Assembly (NCBI GenBank): GCA_051715325.1
Contig: JBPXJO010000034.1
Location: 14,033 to 78,032 of the forward strand
Length of the DNA stretch: 64,000 bases
Direction of reading: 5' to 3'
Origin: Alphaproteobacteria bacterium
GTDB lineage: Bacteria > Pseudomonadota > Alphaproteobacteria > Micavibrionales > Micavibrionaceae
The position numbers and the translations under genes are program-made. Positions 60,507-64,000 of this stretch are shown piece by piece (the first letter of the stretch is position 1; each line of letters starts with the position of its first letter). The notes beneath the pieces were generated by a model. It was not told where the DNA came from and made no database searches. It saw only the letters and a program-made list of their open reading frames with translations.

Positions 60507-61268
60507 TTACGCTGCTTTGCCTAGAAGCATTGATTCGGCGTTGATAATTTTTAGAAAGGCCTTCTCGAGCGTCTCTTGGGCCGTTTGGGTCTTCATCCCT
60601 TCGGTAGTCCCGAGATATGGCGTATCCCCTTGGTGCACAACCATTACGCGATCGCAAATCTCGTCCATGTCCGAGAGGATGTGACTGCTAAGAAGCACCG
60701 TCCGGCCCTGTGTTTTAAGATCAAGGAACATTCCTTTAACCAAGGCGCGAGCCAGAGGATCAAGTCCGCTCATCGGCTCGTCAAAAATCAGGATTTGGCA
60801 TCCGGTCAAAACCGTCGCAATCAATCCGAGCTTCTGGCGCATTCCTTTCGAGTAAGTCTGAACCCGACGAGGCAAAACATCAGGATCAAGCGCTAACAGA
60901 TTGCAAAACCGCTTCTTTTCATCATTCGATACGCCCCGCCCATAAAGGGAGGCCGCGAAATCGATAAACTCACCGCCAGTCAAGAACCACGGCGGATCAA
61001 ACCGCTCCGGCAAATAGGATATATCGTAGCGGGCAGCGGCATTCTGGGTCGATCGACCAAACACATCAACCGTACCGGACATCGGATCCTTTAAGCCGAG
61101 AATGGTTTTAACCAATGTAGTCTTGCCGGCCCCGTTCAGCCCGATCAGACCAAACGTCTCTCCGGCTGTAACATTCAGATGAACACCATGAAGAACCTCA
61201 CGCGCACCATAACCGGCGCGCAGGTCGTTCACATGAATCGCGCTAGGGTTTGGGACAACGTCGCTCAC
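60507..61268 (-). CDS. ABC transporter ATP-binding protein
   Basis: Walker A GLNGAGKTT, signature MSGLDP and Walker B ILIFDEP. The GTG start at 61268 overlaps the upstream stop (GTGA). The track's longer ORF, with a start at 61370, lies inside the upstream gene. Confidence 0.85.
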   Translation of the reverse strand: MSDVVPNPSAIHVNDLRAGYGAREVLHGVHLNVTAGETFGLIGLNGAGKTTLVKTILGLKDPMSGTVDVFGRSTQNAAARYDISYLPERFDPPWFLTGGEFIDFAASLYGRGVSNDEKKRFCNLLALDPDVLPRRVQTYSKGMRQKLGLIATVLTGCQILIFDEPMSGLDPLARALVKGMFLDLKTQGRTVLLSSHILSDMDEICDRVMVVHQGDTPYLGTTEGMKTQTAQETLEKAFLKIINAESMLLGKAA

Positions 61269-61918
61269 GACTGGGTACGTCCGGGCAAGAAAATCTTGCT
61301 GTCGATATTGAAACGCTGGTTCGGGCGCAAACGGATCGGATAAATCTGGGCCGTAACCTGATCGTACCATTTCAACTCGATAAAGTCCTTATACACCTTG
61401 ATATCGACCACTTCCGCCGGAATAGCGTCCGGAGTGATGCGGGTTCCGTTCATATAAACGACCCAGTCATTTTCTTTATTGTACAAGATACCGGCCAACG
61501 ACACTTCGCGCAGGGAATGCGGCGGACGGTAGTTCGGATCATTCGGATCACCCGAGTCCTTGAGGTCCTGCATGGTCGGAACGCGGGTGTTGAAACCAAC
61601 GCGCGCTTCGCGAAGAAGAGCATATTGCGATGTGGTAAAGAACAGCGATGGCACTTGGGAGCGAGAATAAACCTGCTTCTTGTACTTGGCCTTGATCTCT
61701 TTCTCGATACTCTGGAGGATTTTGACTTCCGGAGGGAGCTGATCCTGAGACAGACCGGACACCGAGTCAATCGTTCCGAAAATTGGTTTGGCTGGGGCTT
61801 CAGCAGGAGGCGGCGTCCCTACAGGCGGAGCCACGGATGCATCTTGCGCCGAACCCGCCAGCGGAAAAAATGACACCGCCGCAAGGGACAGGACAAACGG
61901 AAGAGAACGAGCGGTCAT
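61265..61918 (-). CDS. secreted protein, PilP-like by position and architecture
   Basis: Signal peptide, Pro-rich segment, then a ~140-aa domain. Sits between the PilO-like gene and downstream genes. Assignment is positional and low confidence. Confidence 0.45.
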   Translation of the reverse strand: MTARSLPFVLSLAAVSFFPLAGSAQDASVAPPVGTPPPAEAPAKPIFGTIDSVSGLSQDQLPPEVKILQSIEKEIKAKYKKQVYSRSQVPSLFFTTSQYALLREARVGFNTRVPTMQDLKDSGDPNDPNYRPPHSLREVSLAGILYNKENDWVVYMNGTRITPDAIPAEVVDIKVYKDFIELKWYDQVTAQIYPIRLRPNQRFNIDSKIFLPGRTQS

Positions 61919-61919
61919 G

Positions 61920-62564
61920 TTATTTTCCTCCCGCAGCAGGTGCTGAGCTGTTGCTAGATGTCATAGTGCGCCAATCGAACTGGAAATCCCCTCTAATCAA
62001 AGGAACAGGCTTGCCCGAACCGATCTGGCGAAGCATGGCTGCGTTAAGCGCTTCCGCGCGCTCGAGACTGACTTTGGTAATATCGACACTCCCCGGGAAA
62101 CGTTCTTGCATAAACTTGACCAGAGAATAAACATCCACGTCATCAAGACTTTCGATATCGACAGTTCCACGGCTCTTGACGACGATCTGGCTGGCTTGAT
62201 CTGCCATATCGTTTGGCACAACCGCACCAGCGTCAAACTTGAGCTTGGCCTTGAGGATACCGACTCGGGTCGAAAGCTTGGAAAAGTTTTCGATTGCGGT
62301 CGCACGATCCTGGTCATTAAAGAAACCGCGAGCTTCGAGGTCCTTGAATGTCCGTAGCTGGCTCTGAAGAAGCACAAACTCTTCTTTCATGCGCGCCACT
62401 TCATCATATTTGGCCTGTACAGCCGATTTGGTCGTAGCCAATTGCTGCTCAACCTGCTCGCGCTCGGGGATCACGTAATCATAAACGACGTACCCGGCTC
62501 CGCCCGCGAACGCGAGCAGCGCGAGAATGAAATAGACAACTTTGTTGGAAAGTCCCTTAACCAT
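61920..62564 (-). CDS. PilO/PilN-type bitopic pilus alignment protein (PilO-like)
   Basis: Short cytoplasmic N-terminus, one TM, a coiled-coil, then a periplasmic domain of about 130 aa. Confidence 0.45.
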   Translation of the reverse strand: MVKGLSNKVVYFILALLAFAGGAGYVVYDYVIPEREQVEQQLATTKSAVQAKYDEVARMKEEFVLLQSQLRTFKDLEARGFFNDQDRATAIENFSKLSTRVGILKAKLKFDAGAVVPNDMADQASQIVVKSRGTVDIESLDDVDVYSLVKFMQERFPGSVDITKVSLERAEALNAAMLRQIGSGKPVPLIRGDFQFDWRTMTSSNSSAPAAGGK

Positions 62565-64000
62565 TTTTAGCCACTCTCTTCACGACGATTTCGGCATGAT
62601 ACCGGTCGTCCGATTTACGTTGGGTCGCTGTGTACCCGAATTCGCTTTCAGCCACACCGCGGAAACTCAAATCCTGAAGCGGCTTGCTCACAGCAGCCAC
62701 GTAACCGGAATCTTTCATTTTCTCGTTCAGGCGACCGACCAGCTTGTCGATTTCCTCATTCCCCTCTTTGGGTTTGATCGATCCGGCAAAACTGACATAA
62801 AGGGTGATATGGGTATTACGGTCGGCAACAACAGGATCCGTTGATTTAGACTTGATTGGCTCGAGGCCCTCATTGACGAATTCGAATTTATCGAGACGTA
62901 TCGTTTCGAGCTCGCGCGAGATCATATCAAGCAAATACAACGGATCAACCTTGGCCAGATTGATTGAATCGCTGATAGCCAAAGATCCTTTAACCAGAGG
63001 AACATCGATCCCCATCTTTTGCTTACGGATCAACTCTTCCTGATAGATATTCTCGATCTTTTGTTTCTGGATCATGGCGACTTCAAGATTAACCGAGGCG
63101 CGGTACATTTTAAGGGCCTCATCTGCCGCCATCCCCAACGCGCCGCACGCGGCAACCGCACCGACAAGCATAACAACCTGAGCCACCAAGCGCGGCTGCT
63201 GGAGTGTCTGGATATCGCGAGAGGCCAGCGGTAAATCAATAACCAGTTTACTGCCAACCCATCCGGCGTGCAGGACTTCGGAGAAATGCTCATCGGCATC
63301 AGAAGTCAACTTCAGACCAAGATGTTTGGCCGCCTCGGCAACCTTAAGGACCATATAATTGCATGGTGCATAGATCATGCTCTCAAGAGCTTCGGTATAG
63401 GTCGGGTCACCGACCACCAGAATATCCAACCCGTCTTCCGGCGTATAACCGAAACGCGCCAGATAACTCAAAGTCGCTTGAAGTTCTTGCGAAACATCGG
63501 CCGCCCACACCCCTGGGTTTTCCGGGGAAGGTTCGACCACCGGAGTAACACGGGTCAAAGCCAACTCGCCATCCCGCACAACGATCTGGCGAAGACCACC
63601 GCCGCGATGCTGGGAAATCAGGATAGACCAGCGCGCCGTACCGACACCGAAGGATTTCTGGGCAATCTTTTTAACCAGCATATCGACCATGCCGGTCGAT
63701 TCAACCGGCAACAACCCGTAACCGGAAATCTGGACATCGGTATTCTGGAGAGCGAGCATCACACGGCCAAATGACTCGGTCGACGGAACAGCCGCAAAGA
63801 GATACAAATCACCTTTATTGGTTGTCTCTTTGGCTCCTTTGGCTGAAGCGCCACCACCAGCGGCCTTGAGCGCTTTAGTTCCCTCTTTAAGGACCATTGC
63901 AGCGCGCATCGAGAAATTCGGAAAAGCCACATTAAGGCGACGCTGGACGATATTTACCCGGTCGAACATGGTAATAACCGGAACCTTTTCCTTACGGTAA
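62557..64000 (-). CDS. PilM-like protein fused to a PilN-like TM+periplasmic module (5' partial, continues beyond window)
   Basis: The frame stays open to the window edge. About 250 aa of cytoplasmic domain, then a TM (LVAQVVMLVGAVAACGALGMAA), then about 190 aa of coiled-coil/periplasmic region. Confidence 0.45.
   Translation of the reverse strand, partial: YRKEKVPVITMFDRVNIVQRRLNVAFPNFSMRAAMVLKEGTKALKAAGGGASAKGAKETTNKGDLYLFAAVPSTESFGRVMLALQNTDVQISGYGLLPVESTGMVDMLVKKIAQKSFGVGTARWSILISQHRGGGLRQIVVRDGELALTRVTPVVEPSPENPGVWAADVSQELQATLSYLARFGYTPEDGLDILVVGDPTYTEALESMIYAPCNYMVLKVAEAAKHLGLKLTSDADEHFSEVLHAGWVGSKLVIDLPLASRDIQTLQQPRLVAQVVMLVGAVAACGALGMAADEALKMYRASVNLEVAMIQKQKIENIYQEELIRKQKMGIDVPLVKGSLAISDSINLAKVDPLYLLDMISRELETIRLDKFEFVNEGLEPIKSKSTDPVVADRNTHITLYVSFAGSIKPKEGNEEIDKLVGRLNEKMKDSGYVAAVSKPLQDLSFRGVAESEFGYTATQRKSDDRYHAEIVVKRVAKNG

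Noticed and set aside
60507-61370. Longer version of the ABC ATPase ORF starting at 61370
   Set aside because: The extra 34 codons lie inside the upstream PilP-like gene. A GTG at 61268 overlapping that gene's TGA (GTGA) gives a canonical ABC N-terminus.
1-64000. CRISPR arrays, IS elements, integrases, prophage genes
   Set aside because: No regularly spaced direct repeats and no transposase-, integrase- or phage-like ORFs were recognised. The two tRNA genes are not flanked by recognisable integrase genes or duplicated 3' tRNA ends.

Overview
This 64 kb window looks like a chromosomal segment from an alphaproteobacterium-like genome. Supporting gene content: trmFO, yajC-secD-secF followed by a Mth938-like gene, surE-pcm-nlpD, maeB, ppdK, sucB, a chemotaxis receptor and an EAL phosphodiesterase. 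No transposase, integrase, CRISPR array or rRNA was seen. Most of the window is dense housekeeping: thrS (5' partial), an ABC-F ATPase, trmFO, sodB, secDF/yajC, serS, lipB, maeB, mgtE, a PBP1A-family protein, galE, ygfZ, ppdK and sucB. There are two tRNAs, tRNA-Leu(GAG) and tRNA-Phe(GAA), the latter flanked by glycosyltransferase genes. The most interesting part is the last ~14 kb (49.9-64.0 kb, all on the minus strand). It is a type IV pilus-like assembly cluster with a non-canonical layout: a PilM/PilN-like fusion, PilO-like and PilP-like genes, then an ABC ATPase, a TM-anchored TPR protein and a prepilin-peptidase homolog reduced to its N-terminal Cys-tetrad domain. These are followed by PilT, a second PilT-family ATPase, a lipobox secretin, an ABC-2 permease, an unknown gene, a polytopic membrane AraC regulator, a 260-aa Gly/Ala/Thr-rich pilin and an unknown Cys/His-rich protein. 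Other accessory-looking items: a 658-aa orphan protein after sodB; three unknown genes translationally coupled to trmFO; a flotillin-like protein whose N-terminal SPFH beta-segment is tandemly repeated about 4 times; a macro-domain homolog whose catalytic motifs are replaced; an apparently frameshifted GT2 glycosyltransferase next to tRNA-Phe; and an AT-rich gene for a secreted protein with a canonical sigma70-like promoter. All calls rest on reading the six-frame translations and remembered family motifs. No database search was run. The ORF track coordinates include stop codons and treat alternative start codons as M; starts were adjusted where the sequence supported it.
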